Assembly: GCA_963663545.1 (NCBI GenBank)
Contig: OY760505.1
Location: forward strand, 2,848,001 to 2,912,000
DNA: 64,000 nt
Source: Candidatus Delongbacteria bacterium
Lineage (GTDB): Bacteria > CAIWAD01
Direction of reading: 5' to 3'
Shown one piece after another: positions 19,615 to 30,394 of this stretch (position 1 is the first letter of the stretch; each line of letters starts with the position of its first letter). Both the position numbers and the translations under genes were made by a program. Under the pieces are notes generated by a model. That model was not told the origin of the DNA. It searched no databases and saw only the letters and a program-made list of their open reading frames with translations.

Positions 19615-21368
19615 CCTGTAACTCCACGTCTGCTCTCAAGCTGCCAGAGGCGGTGATACACGCCCTGTGCTTCCAGCAGATCTTCATGCCGTCCGTGCTC
19701 CACGAGTTTGCCGTGATGCAGCACCAGGATCTGATCTGCGCGTCGAATGGTGGAAAGCCGATGGGCGATCACCAGTGCGGTGCGTCCCTGCATCAATTCC
19801 GCCGTGGCGTGCTGAATACGCTGCTCGCTCAGAGTGTCCACACTGCTGGTGGCCTCGTCGAGAATGAGGATTGCAGGGTTTTCGGCCAGCGCACGGGAAA
19901 AACTGATCAGTTGACGCTGACCAACGGAGAGGTTCTGACCGCGCTCACCGACTTGCTCGTCAAAACCATCAGGACGTTGTCGGACGTGATCCAGCAGCCC
20001 CGTGCGCCGAGCGGCAATCTCCAGTTCATCGTCGCTGAGCTGTGATCCAAGGCGGATGTTGTCGGCAATGCTGCCGGAGAAGAGGAAGACATCTTGTAAC
20101 ACAATGGCCATGCGTTTGCGCAATTCCTCAAGTGGCCACTGGCGGATATCCAAACCGTCCACCAGAATCTCGCCGCGCTGGAATTCGTAGAAGCGCAACA
20201 GCAGTGAGGCAATGGAACTCTTGCCAGCACCTGTGTAGCCTACCAGGGCCGCGGAGTTGCCAGCCTGGACGAAGAAGCTCAACTCACGCAGTACCCAGTT
20301 CTCGTCTTCGTAGGCAAACCAGACATTGCGGAACTCGATGCTACCCGATTTTCCTTGTATCACGGGAGTCTGTGCGTTATCGAGAGAAGTGATGGCAGGC
20401 TTTTCATCCAAAGTCTCAAACACGCGCTCAGCCGAGGCCATGGCTCCTTGCAGAATGTTGTAACGTTCCGAAAGGTCACGAATGGGACGAAAGAAGCGCT
20501 CGGCATAATGGATGAAGGCCACCAGTGCGCCAAAACTCAACTCACCACGTAATACACTGCCGGAGCCAGCCCACAGCACCATAGCCGTTGCCAGGCTTCC
20601 CAGTACTTCCATCAGCGGAAAGAAGACGGCGAAATAGAAGATGGTGCGCACGTGCTCGCGCATCAGGCGGTTGTTGATCTCGCTAAAGGTATCACGGTTG
20701 CGCTCTTGCCGCCTGAAGAGCTGCACCACAGCCATACCAGTGATGTTCTCCTGCAGGAAGGTGTTCACTTCGGCCACCAGAGCGCGCACACGGCGAAAGG
20801 CTGCACGAACCAAGCGCTTGAACTGGAAGGTGGAAAGGAAGATCAGCGGCATGATGGCAAAGAGCACCAGCGCCAGTTTCCAGTTCATGTAGAGCAGTGC
20901 GCCCATGATGAAGAGGAGCACCAGCAGATCCTGAAAGATCAGAATCAACCCGTCGGTAAAGAGCTCGTTCAGGTTCTCCACATCGTTGGTCAGCCGCGTC
21001 ATTACCTGGCCCACCGGATGCTTGTCGAACCAGGAGGAATGCAGTCGTGTCACATGGCGATAGAGGCGCGCACGCAAATCCAGCACGATGTTCTGGCCGA
21101 TCCATCCGGTTAGTACCTGCTGAATGAAGTGTAGCACGAAGCCCACCACCGACACGCCCAGGAAAAGCAGCACAGTATGCAAAAGCCCCGTGGAGTCGTG
21201 GTTGGCGATGTTCACATCAATGGCATGGCGCGTAATCAGCGGAATTGCCGTATCCAGTGCAGCCCCGGCCATGATGACAACCAGCGCCGTGATACAGGCA
21301 CCCGTCCAGGGCTTCAGTTGCCGCACAAGACGCCGCAGCAGATGGTGATCCAGGGGGACACGACTCAT
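19611..21368 (-). CDS. ABC exporter subunit (TMD+NBD), MdlB/YheH-like
   Basis: Walker A GYTGAGKS, signature LSVGQRQ, Walker B ILILDEAT. Confidence 0.93.
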   Translation of the reverse strand: MSRVPLDHHLLRRLVRQLKPWTGACITALVVIMAGAALDTAIPLITRHAIDVNIANHDSTGLLHTVLLFLGVSVVGFVLHFIQQVLTGWIGQNIVLDLRARLYRHVTRLHSSWFDKHPVGQVMTRLTNDVENLNELFTDGLILIFQDLLVLLFIMGALLYMNWKLALVLFAIMPLIFLSTFQFKRLVRAAFRRVRALVAEVNTFLQENITGMAVVQLFRRQERNRDTFSEINNRLMREHVRTIFYFAVFFPLMEVLGSLATAMVLWAGSGSVLRGELSFGALVAFIHYAERFFRPIRDLSERYNILQGAMASAERVFETLDEKPAITSLDNAQTPVIQGKSGSIEFRNVWFAYEDENWVLRELSFFVQAGNSAALVGYTGAGKSSIASLLLRFYEFQRGEILVDGLDIRQWPLEELRKRMAIVLQDVFLFSGSIADNIRLGSQLSDDELEIAARRTGLLDHVRQRPDGFDEQVGERGQNLSVGQRQLISFSRALAENPAILILDEATSSVDTLSEQRIQHATAELMQGRTALVIAHRLSTIRRADQILVLHHGKLVEHGRHEDLLEAQGVYHRLWQLESRRGVTG

Positions 21369-23092
21369 GCTGTGCCCTCCAGCTCTGCCTCGATCTGCTG
21401 CTTCTGATAGAGGTCGGCGTAAAGACCCGGTCGCGTCAGCAGTTCTTCATGAGTACCCTGCTGTACAATGCGTCCGTGATCCAGGACCAGAATCAGATCC
21501 ATGCCGCGCATCACATTCAGGCGGTGCCCGGCAATCAACATGGTTCGCTTCTGCCCGTGACTGCGCAAAGCACGAATCATCGCCTCTTCGGTCTGGGTAT
21601 CCACTGCGCTTAGGCAGTCGTCGAAGACCAGCACTGGCGCTTCCTGCATCAGGGCGCGAGCAATGGCCGTCCGCTGCTTCTGTCCGCCGGAAAGGCTGAT
21701 TCCACGTTCGCCGACGCGGCTTTCCCAGCCGTGTTGGAACTGTTCAAGATCCTGAGCGAGATGTGATACTTCCGCAGCCGCTTCCACCTGTGTGCGTGAT
21801 GCATCAGGAGTGCCGAAGGCAACATTGTTGTGCAGCGTATCACTGAAGAGGAAGGTGTCCTGTGGCACAACGGCCACCTGCTGTCGCAGTACGTCCGGGT
21901 CGTAATTCAGCAGGTCTACGCCGTCAAGCAGGATGCGCCCTTCGCTCGGTTCAAGCAGCCTTGGCAGGAGCGAAAGGAGCGTGCTCTTGCCACTTCCTGT
22001 CGGTCCGACTATGCCGACGCTTGTGCCTGCGGGAATCGTTACGCTGACTTCAACCACGGCTGCCGTGTCTTCTCCCGGATAACGGAAGGAGACGGCTTCG
22101 AAGCACAGGTCCCCCTCAACCGGCTGTGACACATTCCCGCCTGGCGCTTGTTCGGGCGCGCGCAGGATATCATTCAGACGCTTCATACCTGCGTCACCGC
22201 GCTGCACCAGGCTGAGACTCCAGCCCATGGCCATCATCGGCCACATCAAAGTTCCCATGTAGGCGATGAAGGCTACATAGCTGCCCAGCGTGATACTCCC
22301 GTCAATAATCATGCGGCCACCCAGCAGCAGTACCAGGGCTTGTCCGGCGGAGAAGATCATTACTAGCGTTGGCCGCAGTAGTGCCTGTACACGCACGAGC
22401 GCCAGTTGAATGCGTCGGTATTCACGAAGGTGCGTTTCAAAGGCTTCCTGCTGGGCCTGCTCGCGAGTGTAGGCCTGTATCACACGAATGCCCGCCAGGC
22501 TCTCCTGCACATGACTGGAGATACGACCGAACTGCCGCTGGCTTTCCATGGTGAGACGATGGATGCGGCGAATCAGCGTGAACACGAGCACGTTCACCAA
22601 CGGAAGTAACAGCACATTGACCAGCGTCAACTTGATGCTGATGCCAGCCATCATGATCAGCGCATACGTGCTCAACAGTAGCGTGTTAATAGAATACATG
22701 AACGCTGGCCCGGCAGCGCGTCTCACATTCTCGATATCCTGGGTAGCGCGACTCATGATATCGCCCGTGTGCATGCGATGGAAGAACGCGCGCGGCAGTT
22801 CCAACAGACGATCGAAGAACTTGGCGCGCAGGTCACGTTCCAGCTTGCGTGATACGCCGATAATCAGACGGCGCTGGCCGAAGCGCGAAATCCCCTGGCC
22901 TACGCTGACCGCCATCAGCAACAGCACATACCATAGCATACTATGCAGCTGAGGATCTTCGGGCACGGCGGCCTGGGCACGACGCAGATCGTCAATGGCC
23001 AGGCCCAGTACACGCGGACCAAATACCATGATGGAGTTGGTTACCAGCACGAAGAAGGCACCGACCGCGAGCTGGGTCGAATGCCTGCGCAT
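21365..23092 (-). CDS. ABC exporter subunit (TMD+NBD), MdlA/YheI-like; true start may be ATC at 23122
   Basis: GPTGSGKS, LSGGQKQR, degenerate Walker B VFDDCLSAVD; heterodimer pair with the next gene. Confidence 0.92.
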   Translation of the reverse strand: MRRHSTQLAVGAFFVLVTNSIMVFGPRVLGLAIDDLRRAQAAVPEDPQLHSMLWYVLLLMAVSVGQGISRFGQRRLIIGVSRKLERDLRAKFFDRLLELPRAFFHRMHTGDIMSRATQDIENVRRAAGPAFMYSINTLLLSTYALIMMAGISIKLTLVNVLLLPLVNVLVFTLIRRIHRLTMESQRQFGRISSHVQESLAGIRVIQAYTREQAQQEAFETHLREYRRIQLALVRVQALLRPTLVMIFSAGQALVLLLGGRMIIDGSITLGSYVAFIAYMGTLMWPMMAMGWSLSLVQRGDAGMKRLNDILRAPEQAPGGNVSQPVEGDLCFEAVSFRYPGEDTAAVVEVSVTIPAGTSVGIVGPTGSGKSTLLSLLPRLLEPSEGRILLDGVDLLNYDPDVLRQQVAVVPQDTFLFSDTLHNNVAFGTPDASRTQVEAAAEVSHLAQDLEQFQHGWESRVGERGISLSGGQKQRTAIARALMQEAPVLVFDDCLSAVDTQTEEAMIRALRSHGQKRTMLIAGHRLNVMRGMDLILVLDHGRIVQQGTHEELLTRPGLYADLYQKQQIEAELEGTA

Positions 23093-23109
23093 CAGGGGAA
23101 GAATATCCC

Positions 23110-25014
23110 TCAGGTGGTGGATGGCGCAGCTCCTTCCTCGGCAGAAAAACCGTCCGCTTCGGTATCTACCTCCGATAGCGTCTGTTCGTGGTTCGCTGCG
23201 AGGTCTGCAGCGGGCAGAATCTGATCGGCAGTCTTTTCGCCTGTGGACTCTGACTGTGTATCACCATCGTCGGCGACCGCAGGAGCGGGTCCGTCAAACT
23301 CGCTGCCTGCGTCAAGATCTTCGCTACGAATGCGTCCCAGCGCAGCCAGCTGTGATTCAACGGATTGGATCAGCTCATCCTTGCGAGCGGCCAACTGAAC
23401 CACCGGAGGAGGCACTTCGTGTGCTTGCAGCCCCAGGGCTTCTTCAACAGAAAGTGCCGTCCGCATCATAGCAGGAGGAAGGTCGCAGCAGCGTCGTGCC
23501 GCCAGCCAGATATCCAGAGGTCCGCTGGCACTTCCCGTGCGACGTTTGTACTTACGCAGCTCTTCGCGTAATACGAGCCAGTTGTTTATGGTTCCAACTC
23601 TGCGTAGCGGTGTGCGACGTATGCCGCTGAAAATCGAGGTCACCAAATTGGCGCCAAGCATGCCCTCGCGGCGTAGACGCCGGAAAAGCTCAATCTCTGG
23701 ACGGCGCAGCGTGTGATACTCAAGATCGGCCAGCGCGGCCAGTAAATCGCGAAGTCGATCTCGCAGAAGCAGAATGCGAATGCGCGCTTCGCCTTGCATC
23801 CAGCCCAGACGGGCCAACAGTTCGGGAGCCTCCTGCGCCCAGGCCTCCAGGTCGGATTCGCGCAGCAAACAGGCGGATAGGTCTTTTGTAGCACGGCGCT
23901 CTTGCAGCAGACTTAGGCGTCCGGGAACGCCTTCGCGCGCCAACAGCAGGGTTAGCGCGTAGCTGTTGTGGTCGTCCAGGTGGGCCTGGCGATCCGCAGC
24001 GGGCAAGGTTGCCAGGTCAAAGATCTGCAAGGAGGCAGGGCCGTTAAGGGGGCCGTGGCAGTAGGTATCCCTGCGTGATGCACGACTCCCGAGCCCGAGC
24101 GAAATCTCCCCTTCAACAGGAAAAGGCAATTCGCGTGGCAACAGGGTGCGCTCCAGTTCACTCATGATGTTGCGGTGGCACTCCAACCAGTACTCAGGGC
24201 GCGGTTGATCGGTGGCGATTTGCTGTAACACGAAATGCACGCTCTCACCGCCGCCGGGCACTTTCTTGTCGTAGCGCTGATGCAGTGTCGTACAACGTTT
24301 TTCCAGCTCTGCCACGGTACGCTGGATTTCCTGCTCCAGCTTCTTGATCACGGCGTCGATGTCCAGCTCTGTGTCACAATAGCTCTGCCAGGCTTTGGAA
24401 GAGGCTTCCGGTCCAATGGGCTCACTGCCACTGTGCTCTTGCGCCCGCCAGCCACGCGCCAGCTCATCCAAGGTTTGCAGCGCCTTCTCGAAGGCGGCTT
24501 CCAGTGGACTCACCAACTTTTTATACTGCTGCTGCCAACGACGGAAGACCTGACGCAGGCTGAGACTGAGCTCCGCCAATCGCGTCGATGCTGGCTCGCA
24601 TTGCCAGCCATCCTCGGCTGTCGGCAAAGGAAGCTGTGATACGAAATCCGGCAGATCGCGCAGCCGTGCATTGAGTGCGCAGCGGAGTTCGGCTGCAGCA
24701 AGCGGCGCCAGAATGCAACCCAGCAGATTGTCCTCAATGCAATCACATATGTCGAAAGGAGTAAGCGGGCTTTGTGCCTCGCGCTGCTCACGCTGCACTT
24801 GCCATTGCAGACGCAACGACTCTGCGTCCGTGGCCGATTCGGTTGGAAAACAGAGCTCGCCAAAGGCGGCGGCAGCCTCACCGCGCCCCAGGTCCTTGCC
24901 TGAAGGCCAGGTTGTCGTATCACAGGGAACACCCAACCAGGCGGCTCGATCAGGACGCGCAGCCAACCAGCGATCGCGGGCCGCTTGCAGTTTGTAATCC
25001 ATAGACTCAGACAT
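23110..25014 (-). CDS. Hypothetical protein, degenerate DUF885-like
   Basis: 634-aa ORF; REGVPGR / EAWA / LRDRLRDLLAALADLEYH align by eye with DUF885 HExxPGH / EGWA / LWRAxRLxxDxGxH; acidic tail. Confidence 0.65.
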   Translation of the reverse strand: MSESMDYKLQAARDRWLAARPDRAAWLGVPCDTTTWPSGKDLGRGEAAAAFGELCFPTESATDAESLRLQWQVQREQREAQSPLTPFDICDCIEDNLLGCILAPLAAAELRCALNARLRDLPDFVSQLPLPTAEDGWQCEPASTRLAELSLSLRQVFRRWQQQYKKLVSPLEAAFEKALQTLDELARGWRAQEHSGSEPIGPEASSKAWQSYCDTELDIDAVIKKLEQEIQRTVAELEKRCTTLHQRYDKKVPGGGESVHFVLQQIATDQPRPEYWLECHRNIMSELERTLLPRELPFPVEGEISLGLGSRASRRDTYCHGPLNGPASLQIFDLATLPAADRQAHLDDHNSYALTLLLAREGVPGRLSLLQERRATKDLSACLLRESDLEAWAQEAPELLARLGWMQGEARIRILLLRDRLRDLLAALADLEYHTLRRPEIELFRRLRREGMLGANLVTSIFSGIRRTPLRRVGTINNWLVLREELRKYKRRTGSASGPLDIWLAARRCCDLPPAMMRTALSVEEALGLQAHEVPPPVVQLAARKDELIQSVESQLAALGRIRSEDLDAGSEFDGPAPAVADDGDTQSESTGEKTADQILPAADLAANHEQTLSEVDTEADGFSAEEGAAPSTT

Positions 25015-26086
25015 TGAAACGGAAATGTATCACATCACCTTCCTTGACCAGATAGTCTTTGCCCTCAAGGCGGAAGGTGCCCTTGTCTTTGCAGGCGCTC
25101 ATGGAGCCGGCTTCCAGTAGATCGCTGCTGTGCACGACTTCGCCGCGAATGAACCCCTTCTGGATATCGCTGTGAATGGCTCCCGCTGCCACCGGAGCCG
25201 TGGAACCTTGTCTCACGGTCCAGGCGCGACACTCGTCATCGCCCACGGTGAAGAAGGTCAGTAGTTCCAGCAGCTCAAAGGACTCACGTATCACCATGCC
25301 AGCGGCGGCTTCTGTGATACCGTACTCCTCGAGGAATTCGGCGCGGTCCTCGTCCTCCATCTGCGAAAGCTCCATCTCGATGCGTGCGCAGAGTTGGCAG
25401 GTACGAATGCCGCTATCCGCCAGTGCTTCCTGTACCTGAGCCAGCGGCTGGTCGCTGCCTATGGCGTCTTCGCCCACGTTGAGCACAATCAACATTGGCT
25501 TCAGCGTCAGGAAAGCGTAGGATCGCAGCGCCTTCAACTCGTGCTCATCCAATTCCAGGGCGCGCAGCGGCAGCTCCTGTTCGAGGTGCGCGTGACACTT
25601 GCGTAGCGTGTCCAGCTCGAAGACGCGATCCTTGTCTTTGATCTTCATCACTTCCTTGGCCAGTCGCTCGATGCGGCCTTCGCAGATGGCCAGGTCGGAG
25701 AAGAGGAATTCATCGTTGGCGCGCTGAATGTCACCCAGCGGATCGGGATCGCCGTCGGGGTGCGGCATGTCGGCGTCCTCGAAAGCGCGCACGCAGAGCA
25801 GCAGGGCCTCGCAGGGCTTGACCGCTTGCAAAAATTCCGCCGGAAATCCGCTCTTGGCGCTACCCGTTAGGCCCACCAGGTCAATGTAGTTGGCGGTGGC
25901 GTGCACCTTGCGCTTTGGATTGTACAACGCGGTCAGCGCATCAAGCCGCTGGTCGGGCACTTTGGCCACGGCGCGGTTGGCGCTCTTGCGACCGCCGGCG
26001 AAGCCCAATTCTACATTCAGCCCGCTGAGGGCGTTGAACAGACTGGTTTTTCCCGACTGGGGCAGTCCGATGATTCCGATTTCCAT
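25007..26086 (-). CDS. ychF: YchF-family (Obg-like) ATPase
   Basis: GLPQSGKTS, KVPDxRLD, NVGE G4, TFFTVG...RAWT...AAGAIHSDIQKGFIR, GKDYLVKEGDVIHFRFNV. Confidence 0.9.
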   Translation of the reverse strand: MEIGIIGLPQSGKTSLFNALSGLNVELGFAGGRKSANRAVAKVPDQRLDALTALYNPKRKVHATANYIDLVGLTGSAKSGFPAEFLQAVKPCEALLLCVRAFEDADMPHPDGDPDPLGDIQRANDEFLFSDLAICEGRIERLAKEVMKIKDKDRVFELDTLRKCHAHLEQELPLRALELDEHELKALRSYAFLTLKPMLIVLNVGEDAIGSDQPLAQVQEALADSGIRTCQLCARIEMELSQMEDEDRAEFLEEYGITEAAAGMVIRESFELLELLTFFTVGDDECRAWTVRQGSTAPVAAGAIHSDIQKGFIRGEVVHSSDLLEAGSMSACKDKGTFRLEGKDYLVKEGDVIHFRFNV

Positions 26087-26205
26087 GCAAACACTCCGAA
26101 TGATGAACATGAAATATAGAAAGATCGAGGCGCGCCGCTGGCACCTCAAAGGTGGATGCGAGTGCAATTTCCTCGCTGGCGTTTGTGATTCGGCGTGATT
26201 AGGCT

Positions 26206-26233
26206 TTGACATTCCCCTCTGGAATGGTAAAAT
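26206..26233 (+). promoter_or_regulatory. Sigma-70 promoter of tRNA-Pro (and probably leuS)
   Basis: TTGACA-N16-TAAAAT with extended TG, 20 nt before the tRNA. Confidence 0.7.
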
Positions 26234-26252
26234 CGGTGCTTCCTGCAAATCG

Positions 26253-26326
<74 letters not shown>

Positions 26327-26445
26327 TTTTTACCACCCACCTGAACACATTAGGGGTGGTTGCCCACCTGCAAAGAATCCTGTGTTCAGCGTGTGTACAT
26401 CAAACCACCTTCGGGTGGCATCCTTTTATCTGACGGGAGAGACCC

Positions 26446-28971
26446 ATGTCCGCCTACAACCCAAGGGAAATCGAGCCGCGCTGGCAGCAGTACTGGGAAG
26501 AGCACAAGACCTTCAAGGCCACTCTGGATCTAGCCAAGCCCAAGTACTACGTGCTGGACATGTTCCCCTATCCTTCGGGTGACGGCTTGCATGTGGGGCA
26601 TCCCGAGGGCTACACCGCTACGGACATCGTCGCCCGCATGAAGCGCATGCAGGGCTTCAATGTGCTGCATCCGATGGGCTGGGACGCTTTCGGCCTTCCC
26701 GCCGAGCGCCACGCCGTGCGTACGGGTGAGCATCCCGCGGTGATCACCGGCAAGAACTGCGACAACTTCCGTCGGCAGATTCAGTCGCTGGGCCTTTCCT
26801 ACGATTGGGACCGCGAAATCTCGACGACAGATGTGGACTACGTGCGCTGGACGCAGTGGATCTTCCTGCAGCTCTACAAGGAAGGTCTGGCCTACCCTGC
26901 CGAGGTCGCCGTCAACTGGTGTCCTGCGCTGGGTACGGTGCTGGCCAATGAGGAAGTCAAGGACGGGCGCTACGTTGAAACCGGTGATCCTGTTGAAAAG
27001 CGTAAGATGCGCCAGTGGATGCTGAAGATCACGCTCTACGCCCAGCGTCTGCTGGACGACCTCGAGGGCCTCGACTGGCCGGAGAGCGTCAAGACCATGC
27101 AGCGCGAGTGGATCGGTCGCAGCGAAGGCGCCGAGGTCAGCTTCAAGATTGCCGACAGCGAGCGCGAGTTCGTCGTCTACACCACGCGTCCGGACACGCT
27201 CTTTGGCGCTACCTATTGTACTATGGCGCCCGAGCATCCCTTTGTATCACAAATCTGCAGTGACGAGCAGCGTGCTGCCGTGACCGAGTATATCGAGGCC
27301 GCCGCGCGCCGCAGCGATGTGGATCGCGCAGCCGTGGGTCAGCAGAAGACGGGCGTATTCACCGGGGCCTACGCCATTAACCCGGTCAACGGTCAGCGCA
27401 TTCCCATCTGGGTCGCCGACTACGTGCTCTGGGGCTATGGCAGCGGTGCTATCATGGCCGTGCCCGCCCACGACGATCGCGATTACGAGTTCGCCAAGAC
27501 CTTTGAGCTGCCCATCGTCGAGGTCATTTCCGGCGGTGACATCAGCGAGACGGCCTTTACCGACAGCGAGAACGGCGTGCTGGTCAACTCCGGCGAGTTC
27601 GATGGACTCAAGGTGCCCGAAGCCAAGAAGCGCATCATTGCCTGGCTGGAGGAAGAGGGCATTGGCAAGGGCGCGGTCAACTTCAAGCTGCGCGACTGGC
27701 TCTTTTCTCGTCAGCGCTATTGGGGCGAGCCCTTCCCGCTCTTGAATCGCGAGGGCGGAACCGTTGTAGCCCTGCGCGACGAGGATCTGCCCGTCCAGCT
27801 GCCGGTGATGGACAATTACAAGCCCACAGACGATGGCCGTCCGCCCTTGGCGCGTGCCGAGGATTGGTGCCGTGTTACAGATCCCGAGACCGGCGAAGTG
27901 CTGATGCGTGAGACAAACACCATGCCCCAGTGGGCGGGCAGTTGCTGGTATTACCTGCGTTTTGCTGATCCGCGTAACACGGAGCAGGCCTGGTCGAAGG
28001 AAGCCGAGAACTACTGGCTGCCAGTGGACCTTTACGTGGGTGGTGCCGAGCACGCTGTGTTACATCTGCTCTACGCACGCTTCTGGCACAAGGTGCTCTA
28101 TGATCTGGGTTACGTGCACACGGTGGAGCCTTTCCAGAAGCTCTACAATCAGGGCATGATTCTGGCCGAGAGCTACCGTGATACACGCGGCAAGTATTAC
28201 AAGCGTGCCGAAGTGGAGCGTGATGGCAAGGACTGGAAGGTCATTGCAACGGGTGAGCCGGTGCAGACCCAGATCGAGAAGATGAGCAAGTCGCGCTACA
28301 ACGTGACCAATCCCGACGATGTGGTGAAGGAGTACGGCGCCGATTCCATGCGCATCTACGAGATGTTCCTGGGACCGCTGGACCGCGACAAGCCCTGGAC
28401 CGACGAGGGCATTCGCGGCTGCTTCAACTTCCTGCGCCGCGTCTGGCATCTGCTTGTATCACGGGACGGCGTTTTCGGCGAGAAGCTGGTGAACACTGCA
28501 CCCAATGAAGAGTGGCAGCGCCTGACGCACCGCACTATCAAGGCGATCACGGAGGATCTTGAGCAGCTCAAGTTCAACACCTGTGTAGCACGCCTGATGG
28601 AATTCGTCAACGAGGCTTACAAGCAGGACGAGCTGCCCCGCGAAAGCATCGAGACCTTCGTGCTGCTGCTGGCGCCCTTCGCGCCGCACATCGCCGAGGA
28701 GCTCTGGAAGCTGCTGGGGCACACAGAGAGCCTGGCCTACGCCGCCTGGCCGAAGTACAACGAGGCTTGGTGCGTGCTGGAGGAGATCACCGTCGCGGTG
28801 CAGGTAAACGGCAAGGTGCGTGCCTCCTTTGAGGTGGCCGCCGGCACCGACGATGAGGCCGTGCTGGAAATGGCCCTGGCCCACGAGAGGGTCCAGCATT
28901 GGATCGAGGGCAAGACCGTGAAGTTCAAGAAGCGCGTGAGTGAGCGAGTGGTTTCCCTCGCGGTGAAATAG
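26446..28971 (+). CDS. leuS: Leucine--tRNA ligase
   Basis: [15 protein letters not shown] (HIGH), KMSKS, editing domain TTRPDT. Confidence 0.98.
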   Translation: MSAYNPREIEPRWQQYWEEHKTFKATLDLAKPKYYVLDMFPYPSGDGLHVGHPEGYTATDIVARMKRMQGFNVLHPMGWDAFGLPAERHAVRTGEHPAVITGKNCDNFRRQIQSLGLSYDWDREISTTDVDYVRWTQWIFLQLYKEGLAYPAEVAVNWCPALGTVLANEEVKDGRYVETGDPVEKRKMRQWMLKITLYAQRLLDDLEGLDWPESVKTMQREWIGRSEGAEVSFKIADSEREFVVYTTRPDTLFGATYCTMAPEHPFVSQICSDEQRAAVTEYIEAAARRSDVDRAAVGQQKTGVFTGAYAINPVNGQRIPIWVADYVLWGYGSGAIMAVPAHDDRDYEFAKTFELPIVEVISGGDISETAFTDSENGVLVNSGEFDGLKVPEAKKRIIAWLEEEGIGKGAVNFKLRDWLFSRQRYWGEPFPLLNREGGTVVALRDEDLPVQLPVMDNYKPTDDGRPPLARAEDWCRVTDPETGEVLMRETNTMPQWAGSCWYYLRFADPRNTEQAWSKEAENYWLPVDLYVGGAEHAVLHLLYARFWHKVLYDLGYVHTVEPFQKLYNQGMILAESYRDTRGKYYKRAEVERDGKDWKVIATGEPVQTQIEKMSKSRYNVTNPDDVVKEYGADSMRIYEMFLGPLDRDKPWTDEGIRGCFNFLRRVWHLLVSRDGVFGEKLVNTAPNEEWQRLTHRTIKAITEDLEQLKFNTCVARLMEFVNEAYKQDELPRESIETFVLLLAPFAPHIAEELWKLLGHTESLAYAAWPKYNEAWCVLEEITVAVQVNGKVRASFEVAAGTDDEAVLEMALAHERVQHWIEGKTVKFKKRVSERVVSLAVK

Positions 28972-28993
28972 CCTTCGATCTTCAGCTGTTTTA

Positions 28994-29039
28994 ATCGGTA
29001 TCGGTATCGGTATCGGTATCGATTTCGAGGTCGAAATCG
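28994..29039. repeat. (ATCGGT)4 hexamer tandem repeat followed by hairpin CGATTTCGA-GG-TCGAAATCG
   Basis: Directly visible; partial copy TCGGTATCGGT at 30008-30018. Confidence 0.85.
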
Positions 29040-29129
29040 GAGCTCGTCCAAACGCATTAACTCTTTACTCTGTGATACATCGAAGCGGGCCACGGCACGC
29101 TTTTCTTTGCCACATCTTACCTTAGTGAT

Positions 29130-29996
29130 ATGAAGATTCTGCAACTCCCGGCTGCAGCACTGTTCGCGATTCTACTTGTGACACAAATCGTGAGTGCTGT
29201 ATCACAGACGCATCATGGCCCTCTACCCGGCATGGACTTTGTCGTGATACAACCCGGCGAGTTCCTGATGGGATCACCGGAGGCGGAGGCAGGACGCTAT
29301 CCGGGAGCGGAAAACTTGCATCCCGTGCGTATCACGCAGCCCTTTGAGATGATGACCACAGAGGTGACACAGGCCATGTGGATGGCGCTGATGGATCACA
29401 ATCCTTCGGCTTGGCAAAGCCCCGATCGCCCGGTGGAATTCGTGAGCTACTGGGATTGCCTGGAGTTCGCCCGTCGCGTAGACGCACTGGATAGCCTGTA
29501 TCACTATCGCTTGCCGACGGAAGCCGAGTGGGAGTACGCCTGCCGTGCGGGTACCAACACTGGAACCTGGGCAGGTGATGTGGAAATCCTGCTGTTGCGT
29601 TATGGTCTGCCGCTAGATTCCATCTGCTGGTATGGCGGCAACAGCGGTCTGGACTACGAGCTGGAGCAGGGCTGGGACACACAACGCTGGTACAGCGCGG
29701 AGTTTATCTTCGACAAGGCAGGCAGCCATCCCGTAGGCACCAAACCGCCCAATCCCTGGGGCTTGTACGATATCATCGGGAACGTCCATGAGTGGGTGCT
29801 GGATACCTACGAGCCCTATCCCGACAGCCTCTGTGTGGATCCACTGGTGCTGGACGAACTGGCTGAGTATCACATTCACCGTGGAGGAAGCTGGTACTCT
29901 TCAGCTCGACGATGCCGCGCGGCCTTTCGCTATCTGGGCGAAGCGGAGGGCAGCCACGATAATGTCGGGTTAAGGCTTGTGCGTTTGAAAGAGTGA
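29130..29996 (+). CDS. Secreted FGE-sulfatase (SUMF1/C-type-lectin fold) domain protein
   Basis: GEFLMGS, TEVTQ, RLPTEAEWEYACRAG, NPWGLYDIIGNVHEW, RGGSW...GLRL. Confidence 0.92.
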   Translation: MKILQLPAAALFAILLVTQIVSAVSQTHHGPLPGMDFVVIQPGEFLMGSPEAEAGRYPGAENLHPVRITQPFEMMTTEVTQAMWMALMDHNPSAWQSPDRPVEFVSYWDCLEFARRVDALDSLYHYRLPTEAEWEYACRAGTNTGTWAGDVEILLLRYGLPLDSICWYGGNSGLDYELEQGWDTQRWYSAEFIFDKAGSHPVGTKPPNPWGLYDIIGNVHEWVLDTYEPYPDSLCVDPLVLDELAEYHIHRGGSWYSSARRCRAAFRYLGEAEGSHDNVGLRLVRLKE

Positions 29997-30334
29997 TCTC
30001 CCTATTTTCGGTATCGGTGCCGATTGCATCAGCGACAGGAGTCTGCTGATGCGGACGTCAACCAATGGCGGTGATGGGACATGTTGATGTCAATTCGCGA
30101 GACACTTCTCAGCATTCAGAATGCACCGTTTAGCTTCCTGAATCTCACTCTCGCAGATGCGAAACTTGACCGACTGGACCTTAGAGCCGGGCGGGGAATC
30201 CAGACCGCTCTCTACATCCATGGCCTAGCTTCATAAGGTGTCACGAACTGTACAGTTTTGCTGTAGGCGCACGTTGGACGGCGTGACGTTTTACGTGTCG
30301 CGGGCTTGGCAATTCGCAGATTCTCAACCTAAAT

Positions 30335-30394
30335 CTGTCAATCAGCCGCAGTAGAACTTGCAATTGGCCGAAGCAAAACTTACAATTAGCCGCA
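30335..30394 (+). repeat. Three 22-bp-period direct repeats (core CAATYRGCCGMA) abutting the ATPase start codon
   Basis: CTGTCAATCAGCCGCAGTAGAA / CTTGCAATTGGCCGAAGCAAAA / CTTACAATTAGCCGCA. Confidence 0.75.

Noticed and set aside
29130..30394. FGE/C-type-lectin-fold gene as a diversity-generating retroelement target
   Set aside because: I found no template repeat matching its 3' end and no reverse transcriptase in the window.
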